IMG/VR virus record: IMGVR_UViG_3300022204_000008
Location: 1 to 40,075 of that record
From: a virus
Taxonomy: Duplodnaviria > Caudoviricetes
DNA length: 40,075 bases
Direction: 5' to 3' (one strand)
Both the position numbers and the translations under genes were made by a program. Shown one piece after another: positions 14,831 to 24,451 of this stretch (the first letter of the stretch is position 1; the number at the start of each line of letters is the position of its first letter). The notes beneath the pieces were generated by a model. The model did no database searches. It had not been told where the DNA came from and saw only the letters and a list, made by a program, of their open reading frames with translations.

Positions 14831-15951
14831 CAGGGCGCCCCCAAAGACTTCAATTGCTGGCGCTGATCGCGCATGGATTCGATCAGGTCGATAACCGTTT
14901 CTTGTGGATATCCACGCTGGAGAAGGGAATTTCCAAAGGTGTTTGTGCCATCCTTCGTTTCAAGGTCAAACTCTGGAGGAAGCCCGGCTGTCATGCGATT
15001 TCGATCTTGGGATAGATACTCCAGCTTGAGTAGCGTGGATGTGGCGGCGATCAACTGCTTTTGTGATGCGCCGATGTTGGTGCGGAGGGTATCTTCCGCA
15101 ATTCGTCGCTCCGTGTCCGTATATCGACCGCTTTCATCACCAGTAACCTGCTTGAGACTGCGCGAAACATTCAAAGCTAGTTCTGAACGAGCCTCAGCTA
15201 CCTTCTCCGGGGTGGACCCGGATACCACGGCGGAAGTAAATTGTTCCAATGCCGGATTGATCTGACCAAGCAACCCGCCGACCGTTTCCGTTACAGCGCC
15301 GCGTACCCCAAAGGCACCGGGCGTATTCTGCGCCGAACGCAGCACACGTTCTCCAACCGCGATATCTCCGACTCCACGGCGTGCCTCTGCTCCGCTGGTC
15401 TCAATTTCCTTCTTTCCCATCCCGCCCGCTTGCCGTCCTTGCGTCACCCGCACTCTGCCGTCCGGCCCTGTTTCGATAGTCCATCCAGAGGGCGGCTTGC
15501 CGGCTTGTCCAATCGCCTGACTACGCCGCACAAAACTGGTGCCGGTCGGGCTGTTCGGGTCGAAAATCTCCTGCAACGGCCCCACCTCCTGCGGCGCATT
15601 CAACGCCGCTGCCGTTTTCAGATCCCCACCCTGTACCGCCAGCCGGGAAAGAATCGGCTGTGCAACCCCCGCCGGAGCCGGTGGACCAACCTCCGGATAC
15701 AATTGCTGTCCGGCCTGCTGGTACTGCTGCCGCAACTCATCCGCTTGAGCCGCCTGCTGCTGCGCCTGCTGCAATTCAAAATCGCGCGCGGCCAATTGCG
15801 AAAGCACATTGCGCCGCTGCAAGTCCATTTGCTGCTGCTGCATCGCCATGTTCTGCTGCCGGGCAATGGCTTCTTGCAACGGCTGCCCGCCAGCGGCACC
15901 GAGCAGGAAGCGCCCTGCGGTTTGTCCGATTTGTGAAAGCAGGCCGGGCAT
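14830..15951 (-). CDS. DNA ejection protein (gp20-like position)
   Basis: Q-rich N-terminus; synteny between the gp7-like and large ejection genes. Confidence 0.7.
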   Translation of the reverse strand: MPGLLSQIGQTAGRFLLGAAGGQPLQEAIARQQNMAMQQQQMDLQRRNVLSQLAARDFELQQAQQQAAQADELRQQYQQAGQQLYPEVGPPAPAGVAQPILSRLAVQGGDLKTAAALNAPQEVGPLQEIFDPNSPTGTSFVRRSQAIGQAGKPPSGWTIETGPDGRVRVTQGRQAGGMGKKEIETSGAEARRGVGDIAVGERVLRSAQNTPGAFGVRGAVTETVGGLLGQINPALEQFTSAVVSGSTPEKVAEARSELALNVSRSLKQVTGDESGRYTDTERRIAEDTLRTNIGASQKQLIAATSTLLKLEYLSQDRNRMTAGLPPEFDLETKDGTNTFGNSLLQRGYPQETVIDLIESMRDQRQQLKSLGAP

Positions 15952-15963
15952 AGCGTCCCCTCC

Positions 15964-16563
15964 TTAGCCGATATACATGGTGTTGGGATTGTACTGCCCA
16001 AAGCCACCGCCCTGTCCAATGGAGTTGAGAGCGCCGGGACTGGTGGGAGAAAGGCCCCCGGTTACAGGCGCGGCCCCGGCCAGCGACATCCCCCCCGTGA
16101 ACGGCGCGGCGGCAAGTGTCGTGCCCTGCTGGATCAAACCAAGGGTATTGCCAACTCCGGCGGCGGTCGCTTGGTTGGCAGCCATTGCCCGGTTCTGGGC
16201 GATGTTACCGAGATTCACCCCGGCACCGTAGCCAAGATTTGCCATATCCGCAAGGCGCTGATATTTGCGCCCGGCGTAGTTGGTGGCAAGCCCCTGTCCA
16301 TACTGCGCCAGAGAAGCGAGGTTCGCACCCGAAAGCAGGCCGCCGCGTGCTGCCGCGCCGGACTCGATCCCCTGCTGCCCCTGCTGCAACTGGAACTGGT
16401 ATTCCGGGTCCATCGCCACGGAGGACGGATCGAAGTTCTGCATCTGGGAAAGCGCGGCAGTGCCCGCCTCCTGGTAGGGGCGAATGTATCCCTGCGCCTC
16501 TGCCGCAGCCTGATAGGCGCGTCGGCGGCCACCACCCCCGGTCAGATCAGAAAGAAATCCCAT
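15964..16563 (-). CDS. DNA transfer protein, P22 gp7-like
   Basis: PYQEAG..AL, DPEYQFQLQQGQQGIESGAAARGGLLSGANLASLAQYGQGLA signature. Confidence 0.85.
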   Translation of the reverse strand: MGFLSDLTGGGGRRRAYQAAAEAQGYIRPYQEAGTAALSQMQNFDPSSVAMDPEYQFQLQQGQQGIESGAAARGGLLSGANLASLAQYGQGLATNYAGRKYQRLADMANLGYGAGVNLGNIAQNRAMAANQATAAGVGNTLGLIQQGTTLAAAPFTGGMSLAGAAPVTGGLSPTSPGALNSIGQGGGFGQYNPNTMYIG

Positions 16564-16570
16564 GGTTCAC

Positions 16571-16966
16571 CTATACCCTGAATGTGAGTCCGGCCAAAGA
16601 AATCAATGTGTTTCCCGCAGCGGCATCCGGCGTCACCACGCCAGCCGCCGTTATCTCCACCTGTGCCCCATCGTCCCGAATCGTAGCGGTCGGGCGCATC
16701 CCTTCCGGCAGGGTAAAGATCGCCGTTCCCGCCGTACCCCCCTGTACCGCCCCTTCCAGTCTAACCCATCCGGCCTGTTTCACTGCAGCCACCGCCTGAT
16801 AGCTTGCGTGCTGTGCCCAGCTATTCGTGTAATCGCTCGCCTCGATCGTCAGTAAATGGCGGGTCATTGCCGTTACAACGCTTGTGATCCAGTCAGCCAA
16901 GGAGCGTCCGAGTTTGCCCTGTTCGTGTGGCTGCCCCAGAACATCGGTAACGTCGCTGTGAATCAT
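16571..16966 (-). CDS. Tail-needle-position protein with a C-terminal receptor-binding-like beta domain
   Basis: Immediately after the gp10-like gene; GWVRLEGAV..G.....IFTLPEGMRP motif typical of fibre/RBP head domains. Confidence 0.55.
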   Translation of the reverse strand: MIHSDVTDVLGQPHEQGKLGRSLADWITSVVTAMTRHLLTIEASDYTNSWAQHASYQAVAAVKQAGWVRLEGAVQGGTAGTAIFTLPEGMRPTATIRDDGAQVEITAAGVVTPDAAAGNTLISLAGLTFRV

Positions 16967-18435
16967 GCCTCGCCAACCTCCACGTCAAGGGTAGCGCCAA
17001 TCAACACTGTTTTCACCTTATCGGCTCCGGCGATACGAAATACCCGCTGCCATGCGGAGCCAAGACGACTGAATACAACCCGGTTCTTGTACTCCCCGAT
17101 CTTTCCCATGGGCCTCTGAAGTGAATTGCTCCACGTCCGGCCACCATCGTCTGACCAGTCCAGAATCACCTGCGGATCGGTATCGCTTGCATTTCCCACA
17201 CCGGCTTCAAAATCCAGGGTGAGCTTGGTAAAGAACAGCCTGCGGCTTCCTTCCGTATCCGCAATGTTCGGCGTCTTGCGCTCCCACCGGATCGCCGCGC
17301 CGTTGTCCGAGTAAGCCCCCGTGTCCAGCACGTAGATCGCACCGGAGTCGTGCGCCCCCACCAGCCGCTTGCCCGCAAAGTAGGTGGCCACGTCGGCGGT
17401 GTGTCGTTTGTAGCGGCCATTCACCAAATCCCACGCAGCCCGCCGGTGCCACTGGCCGATGGTGGCGTCGTATACCCATGTCACCCCCACCGCCACGCCT
17501 TCCTCCAGCACGCTCGGGAAGGTGATCTGGTAGAACACATGCCCATCCTGCTCATAGCAAAATCCGGTGGCGTCCGCGATGCTCGCGGTGGACTGGTATT
17601 CGGCAATGGTCTTGTCCAGCGCCTCGGTGGAAATGCGATGCAATCCACCTCCGGAATTGGTTACCACGTGCACCCCGCCAATGTGGCTCTGGGCCAGCCA
17701 GAACAGGCCGCTGGCGCTATGCGCGACAGACCACTTGGCCGCACACCCCACCTCGGTGGCCTGCACGAACGAGAACGGCATGATGGGCGCACCGGAAGGA
17801 CGCCATACCTCGGTTGTTTCCTCACCGATCAGGTACAGCGAATCACCATGCGCGGCGGGAGCCACCAGCGCGTCGGCATGCTGCTCCGCCGTTGCCCATG
17901 CCAGCCCGGATGCACCCACCCATGACGATACGGTTGGGCTTGTGGAACTCGCCACAAAGCGCCCCGCATAGGCAGGGTCGTCCACCACAAGCCTGCCACC
18001 GAGGAACGTGACCACGGTGGCATTCGGCATGTTGGCATCGGTGATCGGGGCCAGCGTCGTCCCATTGAAAATGTATCCCTTGGTCCCATCCGCAATGTGC
18101 AGCAACAGTCCCAGGTGATCCGCCATCGAAACCCGGCCACTGGTGGTGGTGATCGTCGTGGAATCGATCAGCGTCTTGACGCCGTTGCTGTCGATCTCGT
18201 AGAAGTCGCCACCCTCAACGGCGTACAGCTTGTCGTTCAGATGTCCAAATCCTCGAATGGCACCGGTTCCCACTGTGGTCCAACTGGTCAGGCCGGGAGA
18301 GCGGTACAGCGCCACCGGCTTCTTTCCCTGAGGGCCGCCAGCCACCACATACATATTGACCAGCGTCTGCGTATTGAGGGGCAGAGAAGCCTCCTGGTAA
18401 GCACCACCGATGATATTGAATGATTGGGGTGACAT
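16963..18435 (-). CDS. Tail hub / packaged-DNA stabilisation protein, P22 gp10-like
   Basis: YEQDGHVFYQITFP, TWVYDAT..QWH and WSDDGGRTWSN...GKIGEY..RV.F.RLG motifs. Confidence 0.9.
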   Translation of the reverse strand: MSPQSFNIIGGAYQEASLPLNTQTLVNMYVVAGGPQGKKPVALYRSPGLTSWTTVGTGAIRGFGHLNDKLYAVEGGDFYEIDSNGVKTLIDSTTITTTSGRVSMADHLGLLLHIADGTKGYIFNGTTLAPITDANMPNATVVTFLGGRLVVDDPAYAGRFVASSTSPTVSSWVGASGLAWATAEQHADALVAPAAHGDSLYLIGEETTEVWRPSGAPIMPFSFVQATEVGCAAKWSVAHSASGLFWLAQSHIGGVHVVTNSGGGLHRISTEALDKTIAEYQSTASIADATGFCYEQDGHVFYQITFPSVLEEGVAVGVTWVYDATIGQWHRRAAWDLVNGRYKRHTADVATYFAGKRLVGAHDSGAIYVLDTGAYSDNGAAIRWERKTPNIADTEGSRRLFFTKLTLDFEAGVGNASDTDPQVILDWSDDGGRTWSNSLQRPMGKIGEYKNRVVFSRLGSAWQRVFRIAGADKVKTVLIGATLDVEVGEA

Positions 18436-18438
18436 CCG

Positions 18439-20358
18439 TTACTCTACAAATATGGTCGTAACGACGACCTGCCCATCTCCACCGTCCCCGGCGTTATCCC
18501 CTACACCAACAGGAAGTGCTTCCGATCCGCCGCCGCCGCCGCCAGGCTGCGACCCATTTGTGGCGACAACGCCACTCTCGTTACTACTACCGGTTCCACC
18601 ATTGCCACCCATTACAGACAAGCCACCAGCAGAACCGGTCCCACCCGTACCGTTTCCACCACCACCACCCCCGCCGCCCCAAAACGACGCGCCGCCAACA
18701 CCTGTGGTACCCGAAGTTCCAGCACCACCGCCCCCGCCGCCCGTGAAGGAAGCTCCGCCCGGTGCTGTAGTGTTATCGCCGCCGCCGCCGCCGCCATGTC
18801 CAGCATTCGATGTAGCTGCCGCTGAAGCCCCAGGCTCACCTCCAACTCCGGCTATCGAAGTCCCGGCCACTGTCCCTGCACCACCAGCGGACAGAGCCCC
18901 ACCACCGCCACCACCTGCCCCTGCTACTGACAGACTGGTACTTGCACCACCACCACCACCACCGTAGGCAGTTAGGTGCGCTCCAAACGTGGTATTCAAA
19001 CCAGACGCCCCGGCAGTCCCGCCACCACCAGCGGCACCGGCCCCTCCTGCCCCAATGGTAACCGTCTCTGTCGCACTTAATGTGGATGCGTCAAATTCAA
19101 CTTCAACAAAAGCTCCACCACCACCACCACCTCCTGCCTTTGCGCCACCAGCAGTCTGAATCCCTCCCCCTCCACCCCCCCCCCACGCCCGTACACGCAC
19201 CATTTTAATAACCCCCCATGTGGGCTTGGTCCATGTGCCGGAGGCGGTAAATGTCTGGGTATCCACCTGCGGTGTAATGCGTGATGTGACCCGCCATTCG
19301 CTGGTGCCATCGAAAATCAGCGTCAGTGTGTCATTGTCCGCAGACAACGTAGCCGAGGTGCCGTACCTGTCAATGGTATTCGTTCCACCGCGTGTAATAG
19401 TCAGCGTGTTGGTGGCATCCGTTCGCACAATAAGGTATTCGGTGCCGCCTGCTGGGTCTGTAGGGAGTGTCAGCGTTACCGCCCCTCCGCTGGTGCCCAC
19501 CAGAATCAGCCCCTGATCGTCTACAGACAACGTTGCGCTCGCTGTTAGCGTTTGCACTCCTGGTATCCGTAAATCGGCATCACGAACCACGCAGTTGTCG
19601 AACCAGGTTGTCCCCGCCGTGGTGTTGTCGTCGATGCAGCCGTACACATAAATTGCCGCGTGCCTAGCTGTGGAAGGAGGGGTTAGCGCAGACCGGTACA
19701 GCGTCCAACTTGTAGGGTTTCCGCCATTTAGATCGAATAACGTGCTGGACGAAAGAAAGCTTCCGGCAGCGGTGAAAAACCGCATTTCGGCCTTGGAGTG
19801 AACCCCAGCCACACTGCTCTTGGTTTCTACAGAAGCCAACACGGCTACGTTCTCGCTCACCGCAAACTGGTCACCGCTCGCCCAGCCCCCGCCGTTGCCG
19901 GTTCCACCGGGTGAAGTGCACTTCAGGCTTGCCGCGCCGTGCGCATTCTCGGCGGTGTCGCGGGCAATGGTCCCGTTGGTGTACGCCGTGAGCGTCCAGT
20001 TGTCCGGCGTGCCGTCGCTGTCGGAGTCGGCCTCAAATGAGCCGTTGACGACCTTGTTGTCGCTGGGGTTTACCGCGTCCTCTACCTGCGGATCGAACGG
20101 ATCAATCGTATCAATCGTTACGTCGGAACTGTCCTTGATGATGATCTTGTAGTTGCCGGTGCCCCAATAAATCTGTTCCTCTCCCCGCGAGTCCAGAATG
20201 ATCGGGTTTGCGTGGGGAGTGGCGGCGGCGGAATCCTTGTAGGTCGCCTTCAGATCGGTGGTGCCCGGAGCGTAGGTGTAAACAAGTCCGCCGACCAGCG
20301 CGTCTCCGTTGGCATCGACGGCGCGGAATACGGGGTTGGGGTGGAGCTTGGCGGTCAT
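18439..20358 (-). CDS. Tail fibre/spike 1: anchor domain, CBM-like domain and glycine-rich C-terminus
   Basis: N-terminal YTYAPGTTDLKATY.D.....PHANPIILDSRGE anchor; NKVVNGSFE CBM-like start; QTFTASGTWTKP...WGGGGGGG Gly-rich domain. Confidence 0.8.
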   Translation of the reverse strand: MTAKLHPNPVFRAVDANGDALVGGLVYTYAPGTTDLKATYKDSAAATPHANPIILDSRGEEQIYWGTGNYKIIIKDSSDVTIDTIDPFDPQVEDAVNPSDNKVVNGSFEADSDSDGTPDNWTLTAYTNGTIARDTAENAHGAASLKCTSPGGTGNGGGWASGDQFAVSENVAVLASVETKSSVAGVHSKAEMRFFTAAGSFLSSSTLFDLNGGNPTSWTLYRSALTPPSTARHAAIYVYGCIDDNTTAGTTWFDNCVVRDADLRIPGVQTLTASATLSVDDQGLILVGTSGGAVTLTLPTDPAGGTEYLIVRTDATNTLTITRGGTNTIDRYGTSATLSADNDTLTLIFDGTSEWRVTSRITPQVDTQTFTASGTWTKPTWGVIKMVRVRAWGGGGGGGIQTAGGAKAGGGGGGGAFVEVEFDASTLSATETVTIGAGGAGAAGGGGTAGASGLNTTFGAHLTAYGGGGGGASTSLSVAGAGGGGGGALSAGGAGTVAGTSIAGVGGEPGASAAATSNAGHGGGGGGDNTTAPGGASFTGGGGGGAGTSGTTGVGGASFWGGGGGGGGNGTGGTGSAGGLSVMGGNGGTGSSNESGVVATNGSQPGGGGGGSEALPVGVGDNAGDGGDGQVVVTTIFVE

Positions 20359-20516
20359 TTCTTCCCGGTTTTATCTTCTGGCGACGGGGAGCGGGTCATG
20401 GCACGCAACCCCTCAACCTCTTTCCGAAGTGCCTCGTTGTCCACGGATAAGCGCATGTTCGTGAGCACAAGATCACCAATATAACGGCGGATGCTGTCGT
20501 TAAATTCTTCGTCCAT
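20355..20516 (-). CDS. Small coiled-coil protein (53 aa), possible spike chaperone
   Basis: MDEEFNDSIRRYIGDLVLTNMRLSVDNEALRKEVEGLR...; fills the gap exactly, with an ATGA overlap. Confidence 0.6.
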   Translation of the reverse strand: MDEEFNDSIRRYIGDLVLTNMRLSVDNEALRKEVEGLRAMTRSPSPEDKTGKK

Positions 20517-20517
20517 G

Positions 20518-22440
20518 TTATGTTCCTATCAGTCCGTGACCTGCGGTGCCGTGCAAATCATCAATCAGTGCCTTTACGCGCTCCGCAAGCTGCGGTAGCG
20601 TAACGGTTGCCGTGTTGAATGTTGTGCGGGTGGCGGTGCCTGTGGCTGTGGCCCATCCGGTTATACGGCTTTTAACCACCTGCGTACCACCGATTTGTAA
20701 GACTCCAGTCAGGTTTGTTATTGCAGCAGCGATTGAAATGGTTCCTTGACCAATAGTTCCAGACCCTCCTGATGCGCTGATCCTTGAATCATAATCAATG
20801 TTGTTCCCAGAAGAATGGAAATCAATATGAGGGGAATTGGCCGCACCAAGTGACCCGATTTCAATACCAAATCCGCTTGAGTATGCAGTGAACGCACCAG
20901 GTTTGATATCAATTGACACTGATCCAGATGCAAAAGACAATACTGACCCTGTGACACTGGTGGTAATGCTGATCGCATTTGTGATGGAAGTAGTCTGCGC
21001 AACCTTAATCGCAGTCCCGTCTGTGCCGATGGTAGTTCCAGTACCGCCTAATGGTCCAATATTTATCCCCGTCTTTATATCAATTGTTGCACTGTTAAGA
21101 TTGTATAAGGCGATTCCAATATCTTGGGATGATCCTCTAACATCACCCCCCATTGCAACCTGGATTCCGGTTCTGTAAAGGGTAGACGCTCCGGTGCTTA
21201 CAACTGTATTGAATTCTGCCGCCGTAGCGTTAAGTGTGTTGGTACATCCGCTATTTAAACCGCAATACCCGTTTATACCAAAATAAGCCCCCTTTTCGGT
21301 GCCCGGCCCACCGCCATCCCCTGTAGATGAAAGCACTTGGCCGATAGTGGCTGCATAATTTCTATCTGAATTTGCGGAATTAGTTGCCCCAGATTGGATC
21401 AGCCTCCCCATCAATGCGTGCCGACCGCCTTTTGTGTTGGAATCCCCAAACCGCAGATCAACCATCAACGCATTAGCTTTAGACCCGCCACCTGCGGTAG
21501 CGTCAGCTACGTCATTATCCACTTTGAAATGGTTGTACATGATCTCTTGCGGAGTTGTTCCTGACAAGGTATTTCCGCCGAGAACGTATACCCCAATACC
21601 CCGAATATCTCTATCCGAGCCTGAGTCTCCAACACCCCCACCCATCAAATAATAATGTCTACCTGTGTCGGTAATCGTACCTGCCCCAGAAGCATAAATC
21701 CGTGCTCCTGGAGCATAAACAAACCTAGCAGTTCCAGTAATTGTCAGCGATGTTGTAATAGCGTAATCGCCGCCATTATGATCGTTAGGGACAAATATTT
21801 CTGACCCTGAAGCAGCCGTAATTGCAGCACTAATAGGGGCGGCGTTGTCGGTAGTTCCGGCGTCTCCAACAGCCCCAAACCATCGAATATTTATTCTCTC
21901 CCCTCCAAATGTCCCTGCCGTCGTCCCGGTCCCGGTGAAGATTTGCCGATGAATATCCCCCACCGGTGCACTGTTCAGCGTCACCGTCACCCCTGGCGAG
22001 CGGTTGATCACACCCGAACCAATGAAATCCAGCGTCATGGTTGAGGGTACGGTTACATTAGCGGTTGCCGGAAGTGCCGTATGCACACGCAGCGTAACAG
22101 TGTTCACCCCCGCTGCCGTCACCGCCTCTTGCAGCGTGGCGTAATCGGCGGAATCCAGCACGCCGGACAGGATCGGCTCATATCCGTAGGGGCGGAAGTT
22201 GTCCACGGTCTTGACCGTCGCACCACCGGCATTTTTGTACACCAGCTTGTAAGACTGGGCCTGCCAGTAAATGACCGCCTCGCCGTTACTGTCCAGCACC
22301 ACAGGGTTGGCATGGGCGGCAGCCATAGCCGCGTCGGTATACGTTGCCAGCAGGTCCGTGGTGCCCGCCGAGTAGGTCGTAATCGACCCCAGTGGGAGAT
22401 CGGTTCGGAAAACCGGATTTCCTTGAAGTGCGAGGCTCAT
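20518..22440 (-). CDS. Tailspike 2 with paralogous anchor domain and beta-helix-like body
   Basis: Anchor TYSAGTTDLLATYTD...HANPVVLDSNGE; INIRWFGAVGD...DNAAPISAAI; IDFHSSGNNIDYDSRI; LAERVKALIDDL C-terminus. Start set at the ATGA overlap, 22440. Confidence 0.85.
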   Translation of the reverse strand: MSLALQGNPVFRTDLPLGSITTYSAGTTDLLATYTDAAMAAAHANPVVLDSNGEAVIYWQAQSYKLVYKNAGGATVKTVDNFRPYGYEPILSGVLDSADYATLQEAVTAAGVNTVTLRVHTALPATANVTVPSTMTLDFIGSGVINRSPGVTVTLNSAPVGDIHRQIFTGTGTTAGTFGGERINIRWFGAVGDAGTTDNAAPISAAITAASGSEIFVPNDHNGGDYAITTSLTITGTARFVYAPGARIYASGAGTITDTGRHYYLMGGGVGDSGSDRDIRGIGVYVLGGNTLSGTTPQEIMYNHFKVDNDVADATAGGGSKANALMVDLRFGDSNTKGGRHALMGRLIQSGATNSANSDRNYAATIGQVLSSTGDGGGPGTEKGAYFGINGYCGLNSGCTNTLNATAAEFNTVVSTGASTLYRTGIQVAMGGDVRGSSQDIGIALYNLNSATIDIKTGINIGPLGGTGTTIGTDGTAIKVAQTTSITNAISITTSVTGSVLSFASGSVSIDIKPGAFTAYSSGFGIEIGSLGAANSPHIDFHSSGNNIDYDSRISASGGSGTIGQGTISIAAAITNLTGVLQIGGTQVVKSRITGWATATGTATRTTFNTATVTLPQLAERVKALIDDLHGTAGHGLIGT

Positions 22441-23630
22441 GCGGTCACTTGCTCCATCTGCCCTTGCGCCATGGCGAACGGGTAAACGGTAAGCGACCTG
22501 ATCCACCCGCCAAGATTAAATGTCCCTGTGTAGGCGCAGCCGATGTATCCCGTGGTGAGCGACAAGGGCATGGACCCGGCGGTATCCGAATCCTCTTGTG
22601 CGCCATCCAAGTACAGACGGAAGTCATTGGCTCTGGCAGACACCGCGATGGTATGAAATGCATCCAGCGTAGGCGTCGTTGCGGCACTTGCAAACGTGGC
22701 CTGAGTCACCCCGTTGGATGCGATCAATGTGCGGTGGGGGCGGGCGGCGGTGTTGAGCAAATAAATGGTGATCCGGTTGGTGGCCGTCCCGAAGTCAAAT
22801 ACCGTCCGGGAGGTGCGCAGATCGCCGATCGGCATGTACTCCACCGCGATAGTCAACTCGTCCAGTGTGACGAGTCCCGTTGCATTATAAGACACGGCAT
22901 CGGCGTTGCGGGTGCCGGTGGCCCCGCTGGTAATGATCGGCGTGGTGCACGCTTGACCGGCCTCCAATCCCACCAGCACCACCCGGATGGTCACCCCCGC
23001 AGGGATGGTAAACGTCACCACCTCCCCGCCCACAGCGGAAATACCCTCACTCAAATACCGCGCATAGGCCGTGCCGGAAATAGCGGTGGAACCCAACGCA
23101 CCAAGGGCGAAGCTGGCCCCGGAACCTGTCACATGCCGCGCGATGCACTGCATGGAATGGGTGGCCGCCGATGCGGCACCCGTCACTGTCACCGTCCCCC
23201 CGCTGCCTCCACCCTGCATGTCGATCGCGTAGGTGCAGATACCGGAGTCCACCAGCGCAGCAAGGGCCGTTGCGTCGTCTACCACCGAAACACTTGCGGT
23301 GCCGGTAACGCCATACCCGGTAGTCGGGCTTCCCACCCCGGGAGCGTTGTAAACCGTCACCTTGTTGATCGCGGCGGCTTCTGTCATCAGACCGTTGGTT
23401 GTGTTGATCCGTGCCGCGCCCGAAGCAGCCTTGGTCCAGATACCAGCAGCATCCGGGTACAGGGCCTCTGTGGCACGGACGAGAGCAACGGTTCCACCCC
23501 ACCCCTGCCCGTTCAGGCCATATCGAAGGTCGCGGGAGAAGGCATACCCGTTCGAGTACGGAGCGAGAGCGTTCCCATCACGGGTTCTCGCATCGACCGT
23601 GGAGGCGGTAATGGCGATTGCGTCGGTCAT
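22437..23630 (-). CDS. Virion appendage protein with LamG/ConA-like domain
   Basis: GLMTEAAAIN, LEAG...TTPIITSGATGTRNAD and HTIAVS...RLYLDG...IG......LGGWIRSL motifs. Confidence 0.75.
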   Translation of the reverse strand: MTDAIAITASTVDARTRDGNALAPYSNGYAFSRDLRYGLNGQGWGGTVALVRATEALYPDAAGIWTKAASGAARINTTNGLMTEAAAINKVTVYNAPGVGSPTTGYGVTGTASVSVVDDATALAALVDSGICTYAIDMQGGGSGGTVTVTGAASAATHSMQCIARHVTGSGASFALGALGSTAISGTAYARYLSEGISAVGGEVVTFTIPAGVTIRVVLVGLEAGQACTTPIITSGATGTRNADAVSYNATGLVTLDELTIAVEYMPIGDLRTSRTVFDFGTATNRITIYLLNTAARPHRTLIASNGVTQATFASAATTPTLDAFHTIAVSARANDFRLYLDGAQEDSDTAGSMPLSLTTGYIGCAYTGTFNLGGWIRSLTVYPFAMAQGQMEQVTA

Positions 23631-23935
23631 TTGCTCTGGTAGGCCGTAACGGTTCCCGTGTTACCGCTCCAATTCAGGCGGGTCCAGTTGAACGTGCCGG
23701 GCACCGTGAAAGCGGCACTGGCTGTATATGTCCCAATCGTTTTCCATGCGGGCGTCGCCGGGGTGGTGTGCGCATCCGGGTGATTGCTCACCTGCACCAG
23801 CACCGTGGCGGCGGCGGAAATATCCAGATCAGTGCCAAGCCCTTCGTCAGGGACCGGTTGAACGCTGCTGGTCGATGACGCAGTGGCGTCTGCATTTACC
23901 CATACGGTCGGCGGAGGATTTTTCTGATAGCTCAT
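23627..23935 (-). CDS. Small beta-rich virion protein
   Basis: GGAGA RBS; ATGA coupling; within the structural block. Confidence 0.7.
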   Translation of the reverse strand: MSYQKNPPPTVWVNADATASSTSSVQPVPDEGLGTDLDISAAATVLVQVSNHPDAHTTPATPAWKTIGTYTASAAFTVPGTFNWTRLNWSGNTGTVTAYQSK

Positions 23936-23945
23936 TCGTTCTCCA

Positions 23946-24290
23946 TTATTTCTTCAGGTCCAGATTGAACTGGGTTTCAAATTGACTTCCATTCGCATAC
24001 ATGGCGTCATACACGGTCACCCGCATCTTCCACCGCTGTCCGTGCTCGCTCTCATCGGTGAATATCTGACCAAGGTTGATTTTGAACTGCTGTTTCAGAA
24101 GTCCGCCGGTAACCCCGACCGTGAACAGGGATGCATGGGTAACGCTATCCTTGTCCCGGTCGGTTTCCCCGTCCCGGTCGATTTCGCACAGAATCTTGGT
24201 GGCGGCATCCAGATCAACAGCGGTCGTTCCGATATTCATATCGAACTGGTGCCAATCGTCTGTGCCGATGCGGACGGTGACTACCGACAT
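23946..24290 (-). CDS. Hypothetical virion protein (Ig-like/BppU-N-like)
   Basis: GGAGG RBS; beta-strand pattern (AVDLDAAT...W.MRVTV). Confidence 0.6.
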   Translation of the reverse strand: MSVVTVRIGTDDWHQFDMNIGTTAVDLDAATKILCEIDRDGETDRDKDSVTHASLFTVGVTGGLLKQQFKINLGQIFTDESEHGQRWKMRVTVYDAMYANGSQFETQFNLDLKK

Positions 24291-24451
24291 GGCGTTACAG
24301 TCCTCCGCTCCGGCACATAGACTACACGGCGGCGCTCAGGGATATGCCGCACTGTTCTCCGCTCGCGCAAGTAGGTAATGGTGGCATTGCATCCACTCAG
24401 AAGCGCACTGGACAGCGGCCCGCCGGACATCCAGAAGAAAATCATGCTCAT
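24281..24451 (-). CDS. Small hypothetical protein (56 aa) with three ERR(T/R)V repeats
   Basis: ATGA overlap with the upstream gene; MSMIFFWMSGG...ERRTVRHIPERRRVVYVPERRTV. Confidence 0.5.
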   Translation of the reverse strand: MSMIFFWMSGGPLSSALLSGCNATITYLRERRTVRHIPERRRVVYVPERRTVTPCR

